Below, piece by piece: positions 1 to 8,453 of a stretch of 24,000 bases of DNA. This DNA comes from Oceanospirillum sp. (GTDB lineage Bacteria; Pseudomonadota; Gammaproteobacteria; Pseudomonadales; Halomonadaceae): positions 1-24,000 of the forward strand of contig NZ_JBLXCD010000009.1 of NCBI RefSeq assembly GCF_048265165.1, written 5' to 3'. Below the pieces are notes generated by a model that did no database searches, was not told the DNA's origin, and saw only the letters and a list, made by a program, of their open reading frames with translations. A program made the translations under genes and the position numbers. Numbering within the stretch: position 1 is the first letter of the stretch; every line of letters starts with the position of its first letter.

Positions 1-204
1 AACCGTTGCCTGAAGACTTGCTCCGTGACAACGAGGGCGAATTATACGCACAAAACGGAGCAGCACAACCCCTAAAACGCAAAAAGATTGAAAAAATGAT
101 CTTTATTTAAAATAAGGCTGCAAATCTTTAGGTGCACAGGCTCAGCAAGGTTAAAGCTCTAGTTCGATGGCTAAAGAGGTACAGCTGCAAAAATAATGCA
201 GCAT

Positions 205-236
205 CAAAAAAGCCAGCTTCAAAAGAAAGCTGGCTT
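205..236 (-). terminator. Rho-independent terminator downstream of ppk
   Basis: Read on the minus strand there is a 10-bp stem, AAGCCAGCTT / AAGCTGGCTT (plus coordinates 210-219 and 227-236), with a 7-nt loop. It runs straight into a T-run (plus-strand A-run 206-210). It lies about 30 nt after the ppk stop codon at 266-268. Confidence 0.8.
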
Positions 237-265
237 ATAAAGGTGTACTCTGTTGCTAGCTGGCT

Positions 266-2476
266 TTAACTACGCTGAGCATAAGCATCAATCAGCGTTT
301 CCTGTGCGCTGATTTCTTCTGCGCTTTCCTCTCGGTTAGCTGCTGCCGATAAATAAGACCCGTCTGTTTGTAATATCCAGCTCTGGCAATTATCCAGCAG
401 ATACGTCTCAAGGTCATTGATAACTCTTTGAGCCAATTTCTTGGCTGTAACGGGGAAGCAGGTTTCAACCCGGTTGTAGAGATTACGTTCCATTAAGTCA
501 GCACTTGCGCAGTAAACTTCTTCTTCGCCACCATTCTCAAAATAGTAAACGCGGGTATGCTCAAGAAAGCGTCCAACAATAGAGCGAACTGTTATATTCT
601 CTGAAACGCCATTAATACCTGGCCGCAAGCAGCACATGCCACGAATAATCAGATCACACTGCACCCCTGCCTGGGACGCCTTATAGAGTGCCTTGATCAT
701 TTTAGGGTCTGTCAAAGAGTTACACTTAAAGACCAACCGCCCCCCTTTGCCTTTCTGAGCCAGCTCAGCCTCTCGTTCAATTTTCTCCACCAGCGCTTTC
801 TGCAATGTAAAAGGCGCATGCAGCAGCTTCTTCATATTCAGGGTTTTACCCATACCTGAAAGCTGGAGAAAAACCTTATGCACATCATCACAAAGTGCCG
901 GGTCACTGGTCAGCATACTGTAATCAGTATAGAGCTTAGCTGTTTTTGCATGATAGTTACCGGTTCCAAGATGAGCATAATGGCGAATTTTGTTCCCTTC
1001 ACGGCGAACGATATGCATCATTTTGGCATGGGTCTTATAAGCTACGACACCATAGATCACAACGGCGCCAGCCTCCTGCAGCCGGCTTGCCAGTTGCAGG
1101 TTGTCAGCTTCATCAAAACGCGCCCTTAGCTCGATAACAACCGTCACCTCTTTATTGTTGCGGGCCGCATCAACGAGAGCGTCCACTATCTGCGAGTCGG
1201 CCCCGGTACGGTAGAGTGTCTGTTTGATCGCCAGTACATCAGGGTCCCGGGCAGCCTCACGCAACAGGTCAATAATGGGTGTAAAGGATTCAAAAGGGTG
1301 CTGCAGCAAAATATCGTTTTGCTGCATCGCTTCCAGAATACTGTTTCCTCTACGCAAAGGTTTGGCGGTTCCCGGCGTAAAAAGAGGATACATCAGGTTT
1401 GGCCGGTCCAGTTCACCCATAACGGCCATCAGGCGGGTCAGGTTTACCGGGCCGTTAACCTTGTACAATTCATGTTCAGTCAACCCAAACTGCAGCAGCA
1501 GAACATCAATCAACTCCTTGGGACAATTATCCACCACTTCGAGCCGAACAGCATCACCATAGCGCCGGGAAAGTAACTCCCCTCTTAACGCGCTGGCCAG
1601 ATCACTAACTTCTTCAGGGTCGACAATCAGATCCGCGTTCCGGGTCAGGCGGAACTGATAACAACCTTTCACCTTCATACCCGGAAACAGTTCTTCTGCG
1701 TGGGCATGAATCATAGAAGAGAGGAAGACAAAATTATCGCCTTCTTTATCAATTTCATCAGGTACACGGATCAGGCGAGGAAGTGAACGGGGTGCAGGGA
1801 TAATTGCCAGACCACCTTCTCGACCAAAAGCATCTTTGCCTTCCAGAGAAACAATAAAGTTAAGACTTTTATTTACTAGGCGTGGAAATGGATGAGAAGG
1901 GTCGAGACCGATTGGACTGATAACCGGCTGGATCTGGTCACGGAAAAAGTCTTTAACCCAGGCCGATTGTTTTTTATTCCAGTCTGCCCGCCGAAGAAAA
2001 CGAATACCCTCTTCTTCCATTGCCGGGATAAGCTTGTCGTTCAGGATACTGTACTGACGCTCAATTTGCTCATGGCAGATGTCATTGATCTGGCGGATAA
2101 CATCCTGAGGCATCAAACCATCTGCATCACTTTTTTCGCGACTGAAAGCGATCTGTCGTTTAAGACCGGCAACACGAATTTCAAAAAACTCATCCAGATT
2201 GCTGCTGAAGATCAGAAGAAACATCAGGCGGTTCAATAAAGGATGCGAGGTATCCAGAGCCTGCTCCAGCACCCGAATATTGAACTGGAGATGACTAAGC
2301 TCCCGGTTGATATAAAGTTCGGGGCTATCAAGACTAATAGTATTATCGGTTTCTCCCGCAGTTTTACCACGGGTACCACTATCGGAGCGATTAATTCTCA
2401 AAATAGGCCTTCCTGCGCCGTCCTGGGCAAAATAATCCTCTGTCGAGGGTGGTACAGTTTCATTCGTTTGGTCCAT
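266..2476 (-). CDS. ppk: Polyphosphate kinase 1 (PPK1), 736 aa
   Basis: The full-length ORF has an ATG start preceded by AAGGAG at 7-nt spacing. The N-terminal PPK signature is present ([21 protein letters not shown]...[17 protein letters not shown]). So are the conserved His region ([14 protein letters not shown]) and HLGTGNYH. A roughly 50-aa N-terminal extension relative to E. coli PPK contains no internal Met. Confidence 0.95.
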   Translation of the reverse strand: MDQTNETVPPSTEDYFAQDGAGRPILRINRSDSGTRGKTAGETDNTISLDSPELYINRELSHLQFNIRVLEQALDTSHPLLNRLMFLLIFSSNLDEFFEIRVAGLKRQIAFSREKSDADGLMPQDVIRQINDICHEQIERQYSILNDKLIPAMEEEGIRFLRRADWNKKQSAWVKDFFRDQIQPVISPIGLDPSHPFPRLVNKSLNFIVSLEGKDAFGREGGLAIIPAPRSLPRLIRVPDEIDKEGDNFVFLSSMIHAHAEELFPGMKVKGCYQFRLTRNADLIVDPEEVSDLASALRGELLSRRYGDAVRLEVVDNCPKELIDVLLLQFGLTEHELYKVNGPVNLTRLMAVMGELDRPNLMYPLFTPGTAKPLRRGNSILEAMQQNDILLQHPFESFTPIIDLLREAARDPDVLAIKQTLYRTGADSQIVDALVDAARNNKEVTVVIELRARFDEADNLQLASRLQEAGAVVIYGVVAYKTHAKMMHIVRREGNKIRHYAHLGTGNYHAKTAKLYTDYSMLTSDPALCDDVHKVFLQLSGMGKTLNMKKLLHAPFTLQKALVEKIEREAELAQKGKGGRLVFKCNSLTDPKMIKALYKASQAGVQCDLIIRGMCCLRPGINGVSENITVRSIVGRFLEHTRVYYFENGGEEEVYCASADLMERNLYNRVETCFPVTAKKLAQRVINDLETYLLDNCQSWILQTDGSYLSAAANREESAEEISAQETLIDAYAQRS

Positions 2477-2518
2477 GGAATACTCTCCTTAGTTTTCACC
2501 GGCCCACCCTCGCTTCAC

Positions 2519-3532
<1,014 letters not shown>

Positions 3533-3578
3533 TTACACTCCACCAAAAAGGAGAATCACCTGCCTCTTTAAAGTATCC

Positions 3579-3605
3579 ATTATCAATATGACAAAAATAT
3601 TTCAA
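3579..3605 (-). promoter_or_regulatory. Candidate sigma70 promoter for hemB
   Basis: The minus strand reads TTGAAA (3605-3600), a 15-nt spacer, then GATAAT (3584-3579). This is about 50 nt upstream of the hemB GTG. The spacer is short, and the call rests on pattern match only. Confidence 0.35.
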
Positions 3606-3653
3606 AAAAGCAGAGTCCGTCATTAACTTATCAGGTTAATGGTCACGCTCTGC
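3604..3653 (-). terminator. Orphan terminator-like hairpin with T6 tract upstream of the hemB promoter region
   Basis: On the minus strand the outer stem is GCAGAG/CTCTGC (plus 3610-3615 / 3648-3653). It encloses an inner 7-bp stem, CATTAAC/GTTAATG (3621-3627 / 3635-3641), with a 7-nt loop. T6 follows (plus A-run 3604-3609). No supported minus-strand gene ends immediately upstream of it. Confidence 0.4.
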
Positions 3654-3793
3654 CGCTATAAAATCAAGTGGGCAAACTTAAAGCCTGATCATGGAACCCT
3701 TTTTTAAGATCCAGATCATACATCAGAGTTCCCTGAATCAGATAAACCACACTAATATTACCGGCATCTATTATTTTGCCCCAAGGTTCCCCG

Positions 3794-4591
3794 ATGGAAG
3801 AGTCCACTATTCGTTTTACTGTGTTTTTAAGCCTGATATTTATCCTCGGGGTTGCCCAGAAATTATTCCCCCGACGCAAGCTATCTCAGTCTCAACCCAA
3901 GCGCTGGCTGACAAATTTTAGTCTTGTCATTCTGGATAGCCTGATTGTCAGACTGACACTCGGATTGTTACTGCCGGTAATCGTCGCAAACTGGGCTCAG
4001 GAACAAAATATAGGCTTATTCAATATAGCGAATATGCCCTACGCACTGGCAGCCGTTATATCTGTCTTTTGTTTGGACGCCCTGATTTACTGGCAGCACC
4101 GCATCTTTCATCGGATACCTATACTGTGGCGGTTACACCGGGTTCATCATTACGATGCCGATTACGACTTATCCACAGCATTAAGGTTTCATCCAATTGA
4201 AATCATTCTCTCTGTTATGGTCAAAAATACTGCCATTATTCTATTGGGTGCTCCGGCAGCAGCCGTTATTTTGTTTGAGATTATTCTCAACGGAATGGCG
4301 CTATTTAATCACGCCAACCTTGCCCTGCCGGAAAAAGCCGACCGCATCCTGCGTCGTTTTGTTGTCACCCCCGACATGCACCGGGTACATCATTCGGTCT
4401 ACAGTGATGAGATGCACAGCAACTTTGGCTTTAACCTAAGCATATGGGACCGGCTGTTCTCAAGTTATGTCCCCCAGCCCAAAGACGGCCACAAAAAGAT
4501 GAGAATAGGTCAACCGGATGCTGGGAAATTACCAACGAACAGCCTAGTCTGGTTGTTAGGCCCGGCACTGAAACAGCCCCTAAAAAAGTAA
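3794..4591 (+). CDS. Fatty acid hydroxylase / sterol desaturase superfamily membrane protein (integral-membrane di-iron His-box enzyme), substrate unknown
   Basis: His boxes are present: HRIFH, HRVHH (WRLHRVHHYD) and MHRVHHS...MHSNFG. Several hydrophobic segments are also present. The ORF-track start at 3776 is a TTG. The first ATG at 3794 is preceded by AAGG at 7-nt spacing, so 3794 is preferred (265 aa). Confidence 0.8.
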   Translation: MEESTIRFTVFLSLIFILGVAQKLFPRRKLSQSQPKRWLTNFSLVILDSLIVRLTLGLLLPVIVANWAQEQNIGLFNIANMPYALAAVISVFCLDALIYWQHRIFHRIPILWRLHRVHHYDADYDLSTALRFHPIEIILSVMVKNTAIILLGAPAAAVILFEIILNGMALFNHANLALPEKADRILRRFVVTPDMHRVHHSVYSDEMHSNFGFNLSIWDRLFSSYVPQPKDGHKKMRIGQPDAGKLPTNSLVWLLGPALKQPLKK

Positions 4592-4697
4592 AGAGACAGG
4601 TTACTCACCAGTCTTAGTTCACAGTGCATTAACTCTTGCAGCCCTGTTTTATAAAACCAATAACATTGATCAGAAAACTGATCTGAAGGAGTCCGCG

Positions 4698-5354
4698 ATG
4701 AACAAAAAGAAAATTGCCGTTATTCTGTCCGGTTGCGGCGTATTTGATGGCGCTGAGATTTTCGAGGCAACCCTGACATTACTGCATCTTGATCGTCATA
4801 ATGTAAATGTAACTTGCTTTGCTCCTGATATAGAGCAACATCATGTGGTCAACCATCGCACCGGAGAGGAGATGGTTGAGACGCGTAATGTACTGACAGA
4901 GGCTAGCCGCATCAATCGCGGTGAAGTGTTGCCTTTGCAGGAAGCAGATCCCGATGAATTCGATGCCATCGTTGTTCCGGGAGGGTTTGGCGTGGCTAAA
5001 AACTTATCTGACTTCGCCTTTAAAGGCGGAGAGTGTGATGTCTATGAGCCTTTTGCCGCGCTGATTCGAGGTTTCCATTCACAGAAAAAACCTATTGGGA
5101 TGATCTGCATTGCACCCGTTTTAATTCCAAAAATTCTGGGTAAGGGCGTCAGTTGCACTATAGGTCGTGATGCTGCCGCTTCAGGCGAGATCGACAGCAT
5201 GGGTGGAATTCACATCGGTTGCAATGTAGACGGAATCGTAGTGGATCATGAGCACAAAGTCATCACAACCCCTGCCTATATGGAAGCACAACGTATCTCT
5301 GAAGCAGAAAAGGGGATCTCAGCTCTGGTAGAGAAAGTGATCAGCCTGTGCTGA
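4698..5354 (+). CDS. elbB: ElbB-type DJ-1/PfpI-fold protein (isoprenoid biosynthesis glyoxalase ElbB family)
   Basis: The N-terminus is typical of ElbB (KKIAVILSGCGVFDGAEIFEATLTLLHLDR). The DAIVVPGGFGVAKNL motif and the nucleophile-elbow Cys context (IGMICIAP) are present. AAGGAG sits 6 nt upstream of the ATG. Confidence 0.85.
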   Translation: MNKKKIAVILSGCGVFDGAEIFEATLTLLHLDRHNVNVTCFAPDIEQHHVVNHRTGEEMVETRNVLTEASRINRGEVLPLQEADPDEFDAIVVPGGFGVAKNLSDFAFKGGECDVYEPFAALIRGFHSQKKPIGMICIAPVLIPKILGKGVSCTIGRDAAASGEIDSMGGIHIGCNVDGIVVDHEHKVITTPAYMEAQRISEAEKGISALVEKVISLC

Positions 5355-6542
5355 TCACACCATACGAGGCTTTTTCACCTGAAGCGCCTGAATCCCCCAC
5401 AGGGTTGCCGGGTTAACGGCAACCTGATCCTTCCGGGTACAGGTTGCCCGGATCATAAACTCCCGAATCCCTGTATTACGCCGACGAGGGTTCAGAAACA
5501 CATTGCCGTCAGCCTTGCGTACACTCGCTACTAAAGGCTCTTTTGGGCTTTTTGTACGGCCAACGACCACGGCCAGCTCGCCATTCTGTAACTTCACATA
5601 AACACCAGGAGGATAGAGGCCCAGTTCGTGTACAAAAATCGTTGTCAGGCGTTCATCAACACTCTGCCCCCGTTGAACAAAAAGCTCCCTGAGTGTTGCT
5701 TTATAGGAGACCGGCTCACGATATGGCCGTGGGGTCACCATGGCGCAATAAACATCCGATAAAGCAATAATTTTAGCCTCAACCGGTAGTACATCCGCCT
5801 TCAACCCCCGTGGATAACCACTTCCGTCCGGTCGCTCGTGATGAGACTTCACTAGCTTTAGCCAGTAATCATCCTGTACTCCAGCAGAGCCAAGCATGAC
5901 AGCGCTAACCTCAGGGTGCTTCTCAATAACCTCCCGCTGCTGCTCTGTCAGTGGTTTACGCTGCTGATGCAATCTCACCTGATAAGCATTCATTGCGATA
6001 TTACCGGTAAGTGCCGCCGCCAGCATAGAAAGCTTCTTCTCCTGCTCAATCTCCAGCCGGAGTGCGATAACTTCACACAGAATAGCACTCTGGACAGGAT
6101 GCAGAATATGGTAAGGAAAGCTATCCATCAGGTGTACAGCCCCAATCATTGCGTCTGCATCATAAGCCACCAAGCCTTGAAGATAGGTCACAATACCCAT
6201 CGTACGCTTATAAACAGCATCCTCAGGCGGATTCTCTTTTTTCTCGATATACTGAAATAACTCTGACAGGCGTAAACAAAGATCATCAAACTCTGCAAAA
6301 GGGTTAACCTGGCGATTGAAAGTCACCGGTTTAAGAGTTTCGTTCTTCTCGTCATCATCATCGATTTCACGGGCATATAATCCTACCCGCATCAGGATAT
6401 CGCGCTGCCGCTCAGTTCGAATCACAGAACCTTTGGCCATCAACAGCTTGCCAAACTCATCGTAAACCGGCCAGGGAACAGGCTGATTGACTACAAGCTC
6501 ATCTGCTGAGATTGAGCTAAGCTCAAAATCCTTCATGATCAT
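5355..6542 (-). CDS. HD-GYP-family protein with degenerate metal site (GN-GYP): HD dyad absent, HHExxDGSGYP retained
   Basis: SHHERPDGSGYPRGL is encoded at about 5814-5843, and KHPEVS and ALSDVYCAMVTPRPYR are conserved. The protein contains no His-Asp dipeptide anywhere. The expected xHD(I/V)GK position reads LTGNIAM, with the Gly180-Asn181 codons at 6000-6005. The ATG is preceded by AGGAAG at 7-nt spacing. It is the last gene of a three-gene minus-strand operon. Confidence 0.8.
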   Translation of the reverse strand: MIMKDFELSSISADELVVNQPVPWPVYDEFGKLLMAKGSVIRTERQRDILMRVGLYAREIDDDDEKNETLKPVTFNRQVNPFAEFDDLCLRLSELFQYIEKKENPPEDAVYKRTMGIVTYLQGLVAYDADAMIGAVHLMDSFPYHILHPVQSAILCEVIALRLEIEQEKKLSMLAAALTGNIAMNAYQVRLHQQRKPLTEQQREVIEKHPEVSAVMLGSAGVQDDYWLKLVKSHHERPDGSGYPRGLKADVLPVEAKIIALSDVYCAMVTPRPYREPVSYKATLRELFVQRGQSVDERLTTIFVHELGLYPPGVYVKLQNGELAVVVGRTKSPKEPLVASVRKADGNVFLNPRRRNTGIREFMIRATCTRKDQVAVNPATLWGIQALQVKKPRMV

Positions 6543-6572
6543 AGACTTACTTCCTAACGGGCCTAGAGGCCA

Positions 6573-7367
6573 CTAAAAGCGTTCATCCTTGTAGATCTGC
6601 TCAATGTAATCACCGCCACAACGCAGCTCACTGAACCAGTCAAGAAAGCGTTCAATCTGTTCTTCCGGGAAAATAGAGCCATGCTGAGGAACAATCATTT
6701 TGATATCCATCTGCCTTATCTGCTCAACCCAGCGGGCACATACTTTATTACTGTGCATGTAACGCTTATGAAAGCCTTCCATATAAGGCAGATGTGCATC
6801 GAAGTCTTCAACAAACATCGTACGCTTACCGGGAGGGAAGATAGCTGCCCCGATATCACCAGAGAAGAGAATTTTGGACCGGCTGTCGTAAATACTGAAG
6901 TTGCCTTCACTGTGCAAAAAATGAGCAGGGACCATGGCAATGTAGTCCCCTGTATCGAGACTGATGCGGCCACCACCATCCGGCACAGCAACAACACGCT
7001 CAACATCTTCCATTCCAAAGTGAGACACAAAGTGCAGCCACAACCGGGAGATCAGCAGATCTGCATCGGTTGTTTTCATCCAATATGGAATTGAAGAACA
7101 CACATCCGGGTCCTGGTGCGTCGCAAAAAGGTAGCGGATTTGACGCGGGTTAATAACCCGCATAATGTTCTCCAGTACATGATGAAAAACATAGGTGCCA
7201 CCCGGGTCAAAGAAATATCCCTTGTCGTTGTTTACCACCAGGCATTGATTGGTTTGCACAAAAGAATCAGCGCCTTCCTGCTCCTCCCAACCAAACCAAA
7301 CCACCTGATGTTCATCATCCTCAAACAGGATTTTACTCTCGTCTAACCGGGTAATCTGTTCAGACAT
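6573..7367 (-). CDS. Metallo-beta-lactamase-fold protein, flavodiiron/ODP-like di-metal domain only (264 aa), paralog A
   Basis: The ordered motifs are ATHQDPDV (H84/D86/D88, codons 7104-7121), PAHFLHSEGNF (H149/H152), LFSGDIGAA (D171) and IVPQHG (H229). Their spacing resembles the di-iron ligand set of flavodiiron proteins as I recall it. The N-terminal HQVVWFGWEE...FFDPGG pattern is also similar. There is no flavodoxin domain. The ATG is preceded by AAGAGG. Confidence 0.6.
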   Translation of the reverse strand: MSEQITRLDESKILFEDDEHQVVWFGWEEQEGADSFVQTNQCLVVNNDKGYFFDPGGTYVFHHVLENIMRVINPRQIRYLFATHQDPDVCSSIPYWMKTTDADLLISRLWLHFVSHFGMEDVERVVAVPDGGGRISLDTGDYIAMVPAHFLHSEGNFSIYDSRSKILFSGDIGAAIFPPGKRTMFVEDFDAHLPYMEGFHKRYMHSNKVCARWVEQIRQMDIKMIVPQHGSIFPEEQIERFLDWFSELRCGGDYIEQIYKDERF

Positions 7368-7406
7368 CGCACACCTCTTTCTTATTGTTTTACACAGAAA
7401 TGTCTA

Positions 7407-8180
7407 TCACGACAGTGCATTATCATAGATCTGATCGATCAGGTCGGTGCCACACTCAAGTTGCTCCAACCAGTCAAAAAACTGCGTAATATGCTCTTTA
7501 GGAATAATCGCACCATGCTGAGGAACAATCCGGTCAATATCCAGGTCACGGACGCTGGCCACCCAACGGCGAGTCGCAGCATTGTTTCCCATATAGCGCT
7601 TATGAAAACCTTCCATATATTTCAGATGAGTATCCCAATCCTCAACTTCCAGGTAGCGCTCGCCCGTAGGAAAAACGGCAGCGCCAATATCACCAGAGAA
7701 AAGAGTCTTTGAGCGTGTATCGTAGAAACAGAAATTCCCCTCACTGTGCAAGAAATGAGCGGGCAGAAGCTTAATATATTCATCGTCCAGCAGGCGGATC
7801 TGCATACCGCTATCTTCAATAGCAACAAGGCGCGAGTTATCGCTAAAGCCAAAATGAGATACAAAGCGAATCCAAAGACGGGAAACCAGAAGTCTGGCAT
7901 TAGTCGCTTTCAGCCAGAGGGTAATTGATGACAGGACATCCGGGTCCTGGTGAGTTGCCAGAATATAGCGAATCTGACTCAGAGGGACGTATTTATTCAC
8001 CTCTGCAGCAACATCAGAAAAAATAAAAGCCCCACCAGGATCGAACAGATAGGCATTGTCGGCATTAATGATCAGTAACTGATTAGATTGTACGAGAGAT
8101 TCATGTTCATGATCTTCCCAGCCAAACCAGATCACCTGATGATCATCATCTTCGTAGAGGATTTTACTCTGATCAACCAT
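7407..8180 (-). CDS. Metallo-beta-lactamase-fold protein, flavodiiron/ODP-like di-metal domain only (257 aa), paralog B
   Basis: A hand alignment gives about 55-60% amino-acid identity to the adjacent 6573-7367 product. The motifs ATHQDPDV, PAHFLHSEGNF, LFSGDIGAA, YMEGFHKRYM and IVPQHG are identical. The ORF-track start at 8225 is a GTG. The ATG at 8178-8180 aligns with the paralog N-terminus (MVDQSKILYEDDDHQV) and has AAGGA 10 nt upstream, so 8180 is preferred. Confidence 0.6.
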   Translation of the reverse strand: MVDQSKILYEDDDHQVIWFGWEDHEHESLVQSNQLLIINADNAYLFDPGGAFIFSDVAAEVNKYVPLSQIRYILATHQDPDVLSSITLWLKATNARLLVSRLWIRFVSHFGFSDNSRLVAIEDSGMQIRLLDDEYIKLLPAHFLHSEGNFCFYDTRSKTLFSGDIGAAVFPTGERYLEVEDWDTHLKYMEGFHKRYMGNNAATRRWVASVRDLDIDRIVPQHGAIIPKEHITQFFDWLEQLECGTDLIDQIYDNALS

Positions 8181-8453
8181 GATCAAAATATCCTTATTAT
8201 CAAATGGAGAGGACCGGCACGCCACTAAACGGCTTACCGGTTTGAAGCTGTGATGCTGCTAATAGTTATAAAACGCAGCCATGCAAAAGAGAGCCACTCA
8301 AAAACAGGTAACTGCCGCAGGGGTCTATTTAAGACCAGATAGGGAGAGATTTACTTGATCTGAAACAAGAGAGGAAAGCTATAAGAAATATCTTACAGCA
8401 ACAAGTCTTTAATCTTACATTTTGAAGGGTTATTACCCCGAACAAAAAACCGC

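Noticed and set aside
1-75. The reading frame is open from the window edge to a TAA at 73-75 on the plus strand, which could be the 3' end of an upstream gene.
   Set aside because: Only 24 codons are visible, with no recognisable sequence, so it cannot be supported.
130-180. GTTCGAT in the region downstream of ppk resembles a tRNA T-loop.
   Set aside because: The flanking bases cannot form a T-arm and no cloverleaf can be drawn, so this is not a tRNA.
3664-3921. Two small ORFs lie in the hemB/hydroxylase intergenic region: 3664-3879 on the minus strand (71 aa) and 3691-3921 on the plus strand (76 aa).
   Set aside because: The minus-strand ORF needs a TTG start and overlaps the hydroxylase start region. 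The plus-strand ORF is out of frame with, and overlaps, the better-supported hydroxylase ORF. Neither has recognisable motifs. The terminator-like hairpin just after 3664 is reported separately, but it is not enough to call a CDS.
8205-8235. The sequence TGGCGTGCCGGTCC (minus strand) upstream of the MBL operon was examined as a sigma54 -24/-12 promoter.
   Set aside because: A GG element is present, but no GC element lies at the required 10-nt offset (TCCT instead of TTGC).
8390-8419. A direct repeat of the 8-mer ATCTTACA (8390-8397 and 8412-8419) lies upstream of the MBL/HD-GYP operon and could be an operator.
   Set aside because: One exact 8-mer repeat in an AT-rich region of about 270 nt is close to chance expectation by a rough estimate. 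No flanking symmetry or adjacent promoter elements were found.
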